A DNA stretch of 38,905 bases from the UHGV virus genome UHGV-0112704; one strand, given 5' to 3'. A program made the position numbers and the translations under genes. Below the pieces are notes generated by a model. The model saw only the letters and a list, made by a program, of their open reading frames with translations, had not been told where the DNA came from and ran no database searches. This document shows positions 19,389-27,264 of this stretch, piece by piece. The first letter of the stretch is position 1. Every line of letters starts with the position of its first letter. The stretch comes from a virus.

Positions 19389-19949
19389 ATGAAATACTCA
19401 CAGCAAGAAAAACTACAGATCATGATGCTCAGTGATATTCACCGAGCATTAGAAATTGAAAACTCATTTGATCCTGACCTCATTGACGAAGCAGTGAGCA
19501 CGGATAACTACTGGGCTTTATCCTGGGAATACCCAGGCCTTCAAGATGAAGAAGAGGAGACCCCCTGGGAAGTCCAGCTTTTCGTTGATACCTATGATAT
19601 GTATGACATTCTCCAATACACATACGAACGATTCAGTGCGGAAGACAAAGCAGAGGTTGCCAAATCTATTCGTAATTTCGATGAGAAATTATCACTCACA
19701 TTCCCCGGATTTGACGGTAACAACGAATCAAAGTTTCTTTTGATTGGTAGTTTATTGAAACGAATGGGACGGTTTAGCGGCAAAGACGATCTCACCCGGA
19801 ACTCTCACATGCCCTCTGTTGCAATTTACCAACGTATGCTTGAAGTTTTCCTTCCTGCCAGAGCTAAGAATTGGGTTCACAATGTGGGCATTACTAAACA
19901 TGATTTTATCGATACACTCAACGCGAGAGTGCATCCAGAAAATCGTTAA
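19389..19949 (+). CDS. YfbU-family (UPF0304) protein
   Basis: 186 aa; C-terminal block YQRMLEVFLPARAKNWVHNVGITKHDFIDTLNA resembles E. coli YfbU as I recall it. AGGA before the ATG. Opposite strand to the flanking terminase and lysis genes. Confidence 0.6.
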   Translation: MKYSQQEKLQIMMLSDIHRALEIENSFDPDLIDEAVSTDNYWALSWEYPGLQDEEEETPWEVQLFVDTYDMYDILQYTYERFSAEDKAEVAKSIRNFDEKLSLTFPGFDGNNESKFLLIGSLLKRMGRFSGKDDLTRNSHMPSVAIYQRMLEVFLPARAKNWVHNVGITKHDFIDTLNARVHPENR

Positions 19950-19954
19950 ACGTT

Positions 19955-19976
19955 AATGCCCGCAAATGCGGGCATT
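19955..19976. terminator. perfect hairpin between convergent YfbU and Rz genes
   Basis: AATGCCCGC-AAAT-GCGGGCATT, 9 bp stem. Flanking U-tracts are weak, so terminator function is uncertain. Confidence 0.35.
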
Positions 19977-20502
19977 ATTCATCATGGCGCCTTATTACTT
20001 TGTCGTAGGTGCGCTCACAGGTATTTCCGGCGACATAACGCTCATCAGCCTCTTTTGCGAATTTTCCCGCCAGATCGTCAGCTTCGCTGAGCAACTGGGC
20101 GAGCAATATTCCGGCCTCGGCTTTTGCCTGGCTTGTTGCTGCAATTGCGGAAATTCTGCCTGTTTCACTTGTTGCGAGCTGCCGTTGTATTTCGGCGAGC
20201 TGCTGTTGCAACCCACTGCGAGCACGCTTAGCAGCGTTAGCATCAGCCTGTACTTTTGCCAGTTCTTCATCGGCTTTCTCTCGTTCTTCATCTACGGCCC
20301 GCTGGCGGCGCTGCTCTTCTGCTCTTTCGGTTACTTCACGCTGCAATGTAGTGGTCGCATCAGTAAGGTCACGTTGTGCCCACTGCAATTTCCAGGATGA
20401 GTCCGCCTCCTGATACCCGCGTGAATAACACCAGTACGCGACCGCGCATAACAAAAAAGCCACCAGCAGTATTTCTGCCAGCGGCTTCCAGTAAGCCCTC
20501 AC
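19975..20502 (-). CDS. Rz-like i-spanin
   Basis: Predicted N-terminal membrane anchor (LAEILLVAFLLCAVAYWCY) followed by a charged coiled-coil periplasmic domain. The track ORF begins at 20565 inside the endolysin gene; a GTG at 20502 overlaps the endolysin stop as GTGA and is the likelier start. Confidence 0.65.
   Translation of the reverse strand: MRAYWKPLAEILLVAFLLCAVAYWCYSRGYQEADSSWKLQWAQRDLTDATTTLQREVTERAEEQRRQRAVDEEREKADEELAKVQADANAAKRARSGLQQQLAEIQRQLATSETGRISAIAATSQAKAEAGILLAQLLSEADDLAGKFAKEADERYVAGNTCERTYDKVIRRHDE
19995..20270 (-). CDS. Rz1-like o-spanin lipoprotein, embedded in Rz in the +1 frame
   Basis: Open frame wholly inside Rz; from Met at 20270 it reads MKNWQKYRLMLTLLSVLAVGC: basic n-region, hydrophobic core and a lipobox-like AVGC; proline-containing mature part. 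Confidence 0.5.
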   Translation of the reverse strand: MKNWQKYRLMLTLLSVLAVGCNSSSPKYNGSSQQVKQAEFPQLQQQARQKPRPEYCSPSCSAKLTIWRENSQKRLMSVMSPEIPVSAPTTK

Positions 20503-21047
20503 TGGTCTATCCCCCAGCACGTTAACGCGCTTTCCTGGTCTCGTCGCTCTACCTGACCATAGCACCCATTTTTCTGGCCTTTGGTCAGACGACAGTCGCG
20601 GCCACCATCTTTAATCCACCAGCGAATAGCTTCACATGCGCCTTTACGGTCGCCAGCATTAATTCGCTTATAGAACGTAGACGGGAAACATTTCCCGGGG
20701 CCGATGTTATAGGGGCAGAAAGATGCGATCCCGGCTTTCTGTGGTTCGGTCAGTGGTACTTTGATATTTCGGTCAACCCACGCCAGCGCCTTGTCGCGTT
20801 CAATGGCATTCACCTGGGCACATTTCTCAGCTGACAACTTCATACCCTGAACTACCGGCTTGCCATCAACCATCGTGGCGCCACGGCAAATCGTCCAGAG
20901 CCCACCGCCGTCTCGATACGCCTGCTCGCTATTACCCTCCTTCTCATCCAGAAACTGATCGAGAATAACTGGCGCGGATGCCCCGGCAAGAATCAAACCA
21001 ACGACCGCTGCGCTCAGCTTATTCCTCAGCTTTGGTGGCATACCCAT
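20499..21047 (-). CDS. SAR endolysin (phage lysozyme, P21 R-like)
   Basis: 182 aa; N-terminal signal-anchor-release segment LSAAVVGLILAGASAPVIL; catalytic Glu-Asp-Thr spacing in EGNSEQAYRDGGGLWTICRGAT; RINAGDRKGACEAIRWW block resembles P21 R. Confidence 0.8.
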   Translation of the reverse strand: MGMPPKLRNKLSAAVVGLILAGASAPVILDQFLDEKEGNSEQAYRDGGGLWTICRGATMVDGKPVVQGMKLSAEKCAQVNAIERDKALAWVDRNIKVPLTEPQKAGIASFCPYNIGPGKCFPSTFYKRINAGDRKGACEAIRWWIKDGGRDCRLTKGQKNGCYGQVERRDQESALTCWGIDQ

Positions 21048-21297
21048 TGCGCCGATCCTCCCGTTCTTTCCAGCGGAAATACCAGTTCACTGCACAGGTG
21101 ATTACCGTACATGCGATACCGACAATAATTGCCCAGTCGCTCAGGCTTAACCCTGCAATTCTGTCGGCCAACATCCAGGACACCTCTTTTGCTGTTTTAG
21201 CTGTTTCGGCATATGCCTTCGCTGATACACCGCAGCCGGTCAGCGTGGTTCCTGTTCCATATGAAAGTCTGCTGTAAATGGTGCTCATTCTGGTCAT
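21019..21297 (-). CDS. pinholin (P21 S-like holin), dual-start motif
   Basis: C-terminus NWYFRWKEREDRRNGYA resembles P21 S (NLYFKIREDRRKAARGE). Membrane segment LSLSDWAIIVGIACTVITCAV. The ATG at 21297 is preceded by GGAGGTGA and begins MTRM, i.e. two Met codons separated by a basic residue as in holin/antiholin dual starts. The track ORF starts further upstream at a GTG (21354). Confidence 0.75.
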   Translation of the reverse strand: MTRMSTIYSRLSYGTGTTLTGCGVSAKAYAETAKTAKEVSWMLADRIAGLSLSDWAIIVGIACTVITCAVNWYFRWKEREDRRNGYATKAEE

Positions 21298-21576
21298 AGC
21301 CTCACCTCCGATTTTTCGGATGGCGCTGTGTGTGATGATAAGGTCAGGCTTCACGGGCTGGATTTATCAACAAAGCACGTAGTAATTGATTCCCGTGAGC
21401 CTGAAATGAAAAAGGCCACCAGTTGGCAGCCTCGAAGTGAGTTAACTTGTTTATATAGGTGGAGCGAGAGGTCCTTCTAAAACTTCCGCTTCACCGTTAT
21501 GGCAAATGTCATCACCTATGGTCAGACGCCTGTGGTTGTGATGGCCGTTTAAGATTGAGCCAGCACTGTAGTTGCA

Positions 21577-22368
21577 TCAATTACCCAATGGCTTATGTAG
21601 TTTAAATGGGTTAAGTGATTCTTCATTTTTCAGGCTTATCTTTAAATTCACAGCAATCAGTGAATGATCGTCAGTTGGTCCAGCGCGCTGTATCCGCTTA
21701 AAAAGATTGGTTGAAAAGTTAGTAGCATTCTTCAATGTATTGGGAGAAAAACGCGGGCGGCGTTCCCAGAAGTGATGGGCTCCATCGGACATCAGAAAAA
21801 GAGAAACAACACCGTCATGGTCCATCAAATCTGACAGGGGTAACGAAATATGCTGAAATTTTATTGGCAGGACTTTAGAAATAGCTGCAGTAAGCATGTT
21901 CTTTCCTGGTAAGTCTTCCAATTCCCTTTTCGTATATAACCCATCGTCGAGCAACTCTTGATGCTGTGAGTGATCTTTCGTTAGTAGTTTTAATTTGTTA
22001 TCAATTTTTACATACACCCGAGTATCGCCTACATGGATTACATTAAGTAACTCACCATGTACAACACAGTAGGATAATGTTGTTGCGGCCTTGCGCTTCT
22101 CTGAATCGAACTGAGATAGTTCAGATATTTTGTCTTTTGCACCACTAAGTATCGCATCAGGATCAGAACTGGCTTTCAGTTTATGAGTTGCGACATAGTC
22201 TACTGCAGCTTGCGCTGCTTCTTTAGCACCAGCATAAGACCCGACACCATCAGCAATAGCAAAAATGAAGCCATCATCACATTGTTGCGGGAGTAGTAAC
22301 GCATCTTGGTTTTCACGACCATGATCTTTGGGGCATGAAAATGCACCACAGCTCAACAACTCAATCAT
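21577..22368 (-). CDS. PP2C-family (PPM) Ser/Thr protein phosphatase
   Basis: 263 aa; PPM motifs RENQDA, FAIADGVGSYAGA, HVGDTRVY, LMSDGAHH, TDDHS; start overlaps the kinase stop (ATGA); about 39% GC. Confidence 0.8.
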   Translation of the reverse strand: MIELLSCGAFSCPKDHGRENQDALLLPQQCDDGFIFAIADGVGSYAGAKEAAQAAVDYVATHKLKASSDPDAILSGAKDKISELSQFDSEKRKAATTLSYCVVHGELLNVIHVGDTRVYVKIDNKLKLLTKDHSQHQELLDDGLYTKRELEDLPGKNMLTAAISKVLPIKFQHISLPLSDLMDHDGVVSLFLMSDGAHHFWERRPRFSPNTLKNATNFSTNLFKRIQRAGPTDDHSLIAVNLKISLKNEESLNPFKLHKPLGN

Positions 22369-23147
22369 TTGCCTCTCCTTGCTGCAACAATATCATCAAG
22401 AATGTCTATCATCTCAGTGACAGAATCGTACCTTGAACGAGGCGTAAATGCCGCTGATTTATCGATTAATGTCGTTATACCGTCAATATGAGATAGATTC
22501 ATTTCACTAGTAATAACACCTAGCGCGTAAATATCTGATTTCTGTGTATATACTCCGCGTTTAGCCTCGTCAGACATGTACTTAGCAGTGCCAATACCCA
22601 TTTTTTTGTTTTGAAGTACACCTGACAAAAAATCAGATTGGGCTTTCGAATCCATACTTTTGATTAGGCCGAAATCGGAAATTTTGTAACAGCCTCCTTC
22701 AAACTTGAGGATATTCTCAGGTTTCAGATCCCTGTGAAGCAACCCAGCGTCATGGATATACTTAACGCCTTCAAACACCATCTTCAGGGCTAACAGCTTT
22801 TCATCATCAGAAAGAACGCCCGCTTTTAGTTCGCTTCTTAGGTCTGTTTCTGCCAACTCCATCACAAACCAAGGGTTTTCTATGCTTAAATGATGTATGC
22901 AAATTCTTACAACATGATCATGATTGCACTTGGCTTGGTAGTCGACTTCACGCTTAAACCGACGCTTCCAGTCATCTACACTAAAATATTCATTTAATAA
23001 CGCAGGATTAACTGAAAGAACTTTCCTTGCATACTCACCACAAAGATGGCTATCGGTGTTATATACCTCAACCTTTTCCACACGACCAAAAGCACCAAAA
23101 CCTAGATCTCTCAATGGTTTTATAAGGTAATTACCCCTGGGTTCCAT
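22365..23147 (-). CDS. Hanks-type (eukaryotic-like) Ser/Thr protein kinase, minimal catalytic domain
   Basis: 260 aa; glycine loop LGFGAFGRV; Lys in YARKV; catalytic loop HRDLKPENI; DFG in ISDFGL; subdomain IX-like SDIYALG. About 39% GC against about 51% in the flanking structural genes. Confidence 0.85.
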   Translation of the reverse strand: MEPRGNYLIKPLRDLGFGAFGRVEKVEVYNTDSHLCGEYARKVLSVNPALLNEYFSVDDWKRRFKREVDYQAKCNHDHVVRICIHHLSIENPWFVMELAETDLRSELKAGVLSDDEKLLALKMVFEGVKYIHDAGLLHRDLKPENILKFEGGCYKISDFGLIKSMDSKAQSDFLSGVLQNKKMGIGTAKYMSDEAKRGVYTQKSDIYALGVITSEMNLSHIDGITTLIDKSAAFTPRSRYDSVTEMIDILDDIVAARRGK

Positions 23148-23280
23148 AGCTTACTCACATAAAATTCTCATGAGCAAAATCTACACCCAAAAGAAAAACC
23201 ACACCATATCAATAGGTTTAATTTTCCAAAGAAATCTATCTACACCCTGCAGCAGCTTAAATACACCTCAAAAAAGAAAA

Positions 23281-23310
23281 CCCGCTCATCGGCGGGTTAT
23301 TAATTTTTAT
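23281..23310 (-). terminator. intrinsic terminator (hairpin with U-tracts on both strands)
   Basis: AACCCGC-TCATCG-GCGGGTT at 23281-23300, preceded by AAAAAAGAA (U-rich on the minus transcript) and followed by ATTAATTTTT. Confidence 0.5.
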
Positions 23311-23533
23311 CTATCGCTGCGGGTGTAACTTCGCGAGCATAGCTGAATTCAAGCAATCCCCGCGCAACTTTGCAACCGGAATCGATCAGCTTTTTTATCA
23401 AATACATCACACATTGGTAAGTACAGCATGGCTTCTGCCATCTGCAACCAGACATCAATTCGACTTTCGCAGGTACGTAGGCACCATTCCGGGTGACGAG
23501 TATTCAGTTCTCTTGCCGCCCATCTTCACGAAG

Positions 23534-23561
23534 CCCAGCCATGTGCTGGGTTTTCTTTTTT
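23534..23561 (+). terminator. intrinsic terminator, plus strand
   Basis: CCCAGC-CATGT-GCTGGG followed by TTTTCTTTTTT. No annotated plus-strand gene upstream, which suggests a small transcript. Confidence 0.55.
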
Positions 23562-23640
23562 GAAGCGCACTAATCACCGTAGCCACAGATATTCAGCAAT
23601 GAGTTGGTTGGGTCTGGTTCTTGGTGGTAATGCGCTTTAA

Positions 23641-23664
23641 AAAAGCCAGCGGCGATGCTGGCAA
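23641..23664 (-). terminator. intrinsic terminator, minus strand
   Basis: On the minus transcript GCCAGC-AUCGCC-GCUGGC followed by UUUUUU (plus-strand AAAAAA at 23641-23646). Confidence 0.45.
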
Positions 23665-23875
23665 GATGAGGGTAGTGCGTTGAGCTTTCGCTCTTATGGT
23701 CCTGGTAGGTATTTGAGATAGTGGTGTCTGGTGGCTAATTCCAGATTACGCCTAACATCACGTCCTCTGACTTTACAATTCACCACAACGGAAAGAGCAC
23801 TCACGTCTCGCGTGTCGGCACGAATACCCACCCAGAGAGTCGAACTCTGAAAATGCCCTTACCTGTTGTGCAGAT

Positions 23876-23935
23876 ATAAAAAAGCCCGGAGCCATTATGC
23901 AGATACTAACTATTGTCTGCGAACGGGGCCGGGCT
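23876..23935 (-). terminator. tR'-like compound terminator about 230 nt downstream of the pR'-like promoter
   Basis: On the minus transcript AGCCCGG...CCGGGCU (7 bp) enclosing an inner GCAGA/UCUGC stem, followed by UUUUUUAUAU. Confidence 0.35.
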
Positions 23936-24116
23936 ATTGAATGACAACGCCATCATCCAGATGGCGGCCTGATTACTCAGGTCTTGGAGAACCTCTCAGC
24001 TCTCTACGGTTGGAGTACCAGACGATGCGCCGAAGATACCAACTAGGCGGTTCAGTGGTGAGAGCCGCCTCTTTTGCCTCACCGCCAACGAAGTCAGTAA
24101 CCCATCGTTAGAATCG

Positions 24117-24145
24117 AGATTAAACAAAAATCGCCACTTTGTAAA
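24117..24145 (-). promoter_or_regulatory. pR'-like late promoter just downstream of the Q-like gene
   Basis: On the minus strand TTTACA, 17 bp spacer, TAATCT, located 45-70 nt after the Q-like stop codon. Confidence 0.35.
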
Positions 24146-24187
24146 GTGTAGTTTTCTAGATAAATCCTATTTCATAGAAAACATTCA

Positions 24188-25048
24188 CTATCGCGTGACT
24201 TTGTTCAACATCTGGTTTGCGTACTCTTCCTGCTTGATGCACTCACCTACCAGACTTTCGAAAAAATCCTTGTAAGACCTGCGCCACGTGGTTTCAGGTA
24301 TATCCATCACCGTTACGCAGATGTATTTACGGACGCTATCAGGTAGCAATCTGGCATAACCACGCCCATTGCAGCGCGTACAGGTTTTATATGCAGGAAC
24401 GCCGCGCTGTAGAATAGTTTTCTCTTTGTCTAATACTGTTCCTTTGCCATTGCACTGGCATGCGTTGGTCAGAGCACCCTTCCCTTTGCATTTGTGGCAA
24501 AGCACCTTAACCATCTCTCTTTTTTCGCTAAGGTGTGGCTGTCCGATATGCTTCATCGTCATTACTTCAGCTTCGACAAACTTATTTCCATGGCAGCAGT
24601 CGCACGTTCTGGTGCTGGCCGCACTCCGGGAGTAATCAGCAAAGGCGAAAGTTGCGAGAACTTGCATTACCTTTGGCTTAACATCACTCTCAAGCTTGCG
24701 TAAGGCAGCAACCTTATCGCAGTGCTCAATTGCATATTTTGTCAGCAAATCAATCGCTCGCTCGCGATCGTAATCACTGATATCCATCTTTCCTAGGAAT
24801 GCACTGAACCCGAGAGCAGCACGGCTCTGTGTCATTCCGATCGCCGCCATAATGTCAGTGCCGGTTAATGAGTCAGATGCTGTCGCGCGTGGAGCGTCGC
24901 TAATCATCGTTGACTTCGCGAAGTGGTATTTCACTGTGTTTTCAAGGTTCATAGCGCTTCTCCAGCATAAGTTTTCACGTAATTCTTCAGTATCCGGTAG
25001 TCCGTTAGCACAGAGCCGGGAAAGTGGTATAAGCGCAATCGTTGCCAA
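24188..25048 (-). CDS. late-gene antiterminator Q-like protein with Cys-rich zinc-finger repeats
   Basis: 286 aa ORF immediately upstream of the promoter/terminator leader and the lysis genes; four CxxC-type clusters (CDCCHGNK, CHKCKGKG, CQCNGKG, CTRCNGRG); directly downstream of NinG as in lambdoid phages. Confidence 0.55.
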   Translation of the reverse strand: MATIALIPLSRLCANGLPDTEELRENLCWRSAMNLENTVKYHFAKSTMISDAPRATASDSLTGTDIMAAIGMTQSRAALGFSAFLGKMDISDYDRERAIDLLTKYAIEHCDKVAALRKLESDVKPKVMQVLATFAFADYSRSAASTRTCDCCHGNKFVEAEVMTMKHIGQPHLSEKREMVKVLCHKCKGKGALTNACQCNGKGTVLDKEKTILQRGVPAYKTCTRCNGRGYARLLPDSVRKYICVTVMDIPETTWRRSYKDFFESLVGECIKQEEYANQMLNKVTR

Positions 25049-25085
25049 CGAACGCGGAGGTGATCGGCAAAATAGGATTCAAATG

Positions 25086-25694
25086 TCATGCGGCCTCCCT
25101 GCTCTTAATTAATCCACGACGAAGTGCGCTGTAGCGCTTCCTGATAGCTTCGAGTTCTTCTATTGTGTATCGGTGCGGAACGTTATTGTTTTCGAGCGCC
25201 TCGACGCGCTCAGCCCCTATTTTCTCTATAAGGCCAAGGCGGTACTGCTGCTGATTGCCCGACAACTGAACGTTACAGTGGTGGCACTGTTTACTGATAT
25301 TGTCCTCGTGATAGCGAAGATGTGATGCCTTACCGCGTGAGCGGTAGTGACCTGCTTCCCACTGGACGGTTTCGAACGTCCCGCAACTGATGCATGGCAA
25401 ATAATGGTCACGCTCGCGAATATAGTCATTGACTACACGCTGCGTTAAATCTTCCCAGTGCTTCAGCGGCTTAAACGCAGCTTTACGCTGGCGCCAAGCG
25501 GCTCGCTCTTTTTTCTCAGTGGCGCGCTTTTTGGCAGACTCCTTGCGTTGTGCCGCCTCCCTGACCTTTCTGGTCTGCTCTTTTCCAACCGCGCTGGCGC
25601 ACTCATAACCGCAGACAGTCTGCGTATCGCGAACAGGGTGGAACCACTGGCGGCATTCTTTGTTGGCGCACTTACGGCGCGGTAGCTTAGCCAT
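25086..25694 (-). CDS. ninG: NinG / Rap recombination-associated protein
   Basis: Starts MAKLPRRKC, like lambda NinG as I recall it; conserved LPCISCGT and AGHYRS blocks and Cys clusters. The ATG at 25694 is preferred over the upstream GTG at 25706. Confidence 0.8.
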   Translation of the reverse strand: MAKLPRRKCANKECRQWFHPVRDTQTVCGYECASAVGKEQTRKVREAAQRKESAKKRATEKKERAAWRQRKAAFKPLKHWEDLTQRVVNDYIRERDHYLPCISCGTFETVQWEAGHYRSRGKASHLRYHEDNISKQCHHCNVQLSGNQQQYRLGLIEKIGAERVEALENNNVPHRYTIEELEAIRKRYSALRRGLIKSREAA

Positions 25695-25696
25695 GC

Positions 25697-25903
25697 TCAA
25701 CCCCACGCCCTGTTTTGCCAGACCTTACTCGGGCGCGGCGCTTTCTCGCTTTCCGGCAGCTGAACGCTGACGGTCCAGGTGATGTTGTCGCGGTTCAGGC
25801 TGCGTTCTACTGTGGCGCCACGACGGCGATAACTCGCCACCAGCTCGTTTGCCTGTTCGGTTGTGCATTCGTGATGGTGGAACCAGGAATATTTCATCGC
25901 CAT
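25697..25903 (-). CDS. small nin-region protein (68 aa)
   Basis: The ATG at 25903 overlaps the DUF1367-like stop as TGATG; the track ORF is extended upstream to 25987 within that overlap. Confidence 0.4.
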   Translation of the reverse strand: MAMKYSWFHHHECTTEQANELVASYRRRGATVERSLNRDNITWTVSVQLPESEKAPRPSKVWQNRAWG

Positions 25904-26502
25904 CACCCCGCAAAGCTCATGAGCTGCGATGCGGCGTTTTCCGCTTCTCGCTGAGTCTTGAATGCCCGGGACAATACCCAGCGCCACAGAACATCGAGCG
26001 CGGCTTTGTACAGTTGCTGGAACTCGGTTTCGTCCATGTTAGCGAAGGCAATACTGCGGGGATGTTTGCGAAGTGTTCCGTCAGGAAGCTGAATAGCGTC
26101 ATAGTGACCAGACTCGACGATCACCCAGGCGCGATAAGCATCATAGGATTTGCAGATGCTGATGCTACCGGCGCGCTTATCGGCGATGCGGTCCAGATAT
26201 TGCTCGGCAGCATCCAGCAGTGCGCCTTCGTTTCCACCAAATGCCGCGAGGAATTTAGCATAACCATTTACGAGCTTACGCTCATTGCTGGATATCGCCC
26301 CTCCAGTAGGTTCCCAGTATTCAAACCCGAGATTCAGGAGCGCAAAAAAACGGCGATGGAATGCGGGATTCCTCACCTGGCGAAATTCGGCTACCAGCAC
26401 GGCGCCGAGTTTGATTTTTGATTGCAGAATATCGCTGGTCTCCGGCGTCGCGGGGATCAGGATTCCTGATGACTGCTTGATGAGTTGTAGTTCGTGCGCC
26501 AT
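25903..26502 (-). CDS. DUF1367-like nin-region protein
   Basis: 199 aa ORF upstream of NinG; family assignment from memory of prophage nin regions. Confidence 0.45.
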   Translation of the reverse strand: MAHELQLIKQSSGILIPATPETSDILQSKIKLGAVLVAEFRQVRNPAFHRRFFALLNLGFEYWEPTGGAISSNERKLVNGYAKFLAAFGGNEGALLDAAEQYLDRIADKRAGSISICKSYDAYRAWVIVESGHYDAIQLPDGTLRKHPRSIAFANMDETEFQQLYKAALDVLWRWVLSRAFKTQREAENAASQLMSFAG

Positions 26503-26536
26503 GGTTTCTCTCCGTGGCGCAGTAGGTTACGGTTGT

Positions 26537-26785
26537 TCAGACCGTTGATTTCATATTATCAGAAGGTTGGGTTACCCGGTAGCCGAGACGGTTAATAAAC
26601 TGCATAAAACCATTAGGAGTAAAGACCTCTTCATCATCCAGCAAAGGCCGCATAGAAACCATGCCATTGACGCGATAAATTAGATGCCTGCCCGATGAAG
26701 GAAAGCTAAACACCACGCAGCCGTCAGACCTTCTTACAATGTCATACCAGTTGTCTTCTGACGTTTGCAAAGCTGAATCACTCAC
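26537..26785 (-). CDS. hypothetical protein (82 aa)
   Basis: ORF in the co-oriented early-right gene string. Confidence 0.35.
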   Translation of the reverse strand: MSDSALQTSEDNWYDIVRRSDGCVVFSFPSSGRHLIYRVNGMVSMRPLLDDEEVFTPNGFMQFINRLGYRVTQPSDNMKSTV

Positions 26786-26902
26786 ATTTATGTTCTCCCT
26801 TCGAGCGACTAACAGACGCGATTAAAGATTGTCGGCAGCAGCATCAGAGGGTTACGCAAATTGCGGTATTCTGAAAAATGCGCGCCAGCCTTAAGCGCAA
26901 TT

Positions 26903-27136
26903 CTAATAAAACCAGTCGTCAGCGCTTTCCCAGGTATCCTGGAGGATTGATTCAATTTTCTTTTTATCGTCCTTGTCACCACCAAAAACACTTAACCCAT
27001 CGGCCCCGGCACGGCGGATTGTGAGCCTGCAATTGTCATAGTGATCATTCAGGCGCTTAAGCAGTTCTTTCTCCAGTGCTGGTACTGCGCCTTTAGGAAG
27101 TTCTTTCATGCGATCAATGGTTAATTCAACTTTCAT
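26903..27136 (-). CDS. DinI-like protein
   Basis: MKVELTIDRMKELPKGAVPALEKEL...KKKIESILQDTWESADDWFY resembles E. coli DinI (…ISEILQETWESADDWF…). The ATG at 27136 has a perfect GGAGG spacing and is preferred over the track start at 27148. Confidence 0.75.
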   Translation of the reverse strand: MKVELTIDRMKELPKGAVPALEKELLKRLNDHYDNCRLTIRRAGADGLSVFGGDKDDKKKIESILQDTWESADDWFY

Positions 27137-27246
27137 AATGGCCTCCATTGCATGTACTGTGTTTTTATACAGTATACCTATGCGCGGAAATGATCAACGT
27201 TTTAAGAGCACAAATTGTCAATTTTCTGTCAGTAGTAAAAAAAGAA

Positions 27247-27264
27247 AACCCGCCGTAGCGGGTT
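27247..27264 (-). terminator. hairpin terminator upstream of the DinI-like gene
   Basis: AACCCGC-CGTA-GCGGGTT, with a U-rich tract on the minus transcript (plus-strand AAAAAAAGAAA at 27237-27247). Confidence 0.4.

Noticed and set aside
20503-20565. Rz start at 20565
   Set aside because: That start lies 66 nt inside the endolysin gene; the GTG at 20502 overlapping the endolysin stop fits typical coupling and puts the membrane anchor near the N-terminus.
23430-23498. 22-codon plus-strand ORF (MASAICNQTSIRLSQVRRHHSG) upstream of the plus-strand terminator
   Set aside because: Too short, not hydrophobic like type I toxins, and no convincing ribosome-binding site; the transcript, if real, is more likely non-coding.
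23780-23905. Complete tRNA gene downstream of the Q-like gene
   Set aside because: Only a T-arm-like hairpin and a possible 3' acceptor strand are present; no complementary 5' acceptor strand, D-arm or anticodon arm could be found by eye on either strand. Kept only as a low-interest fragment.
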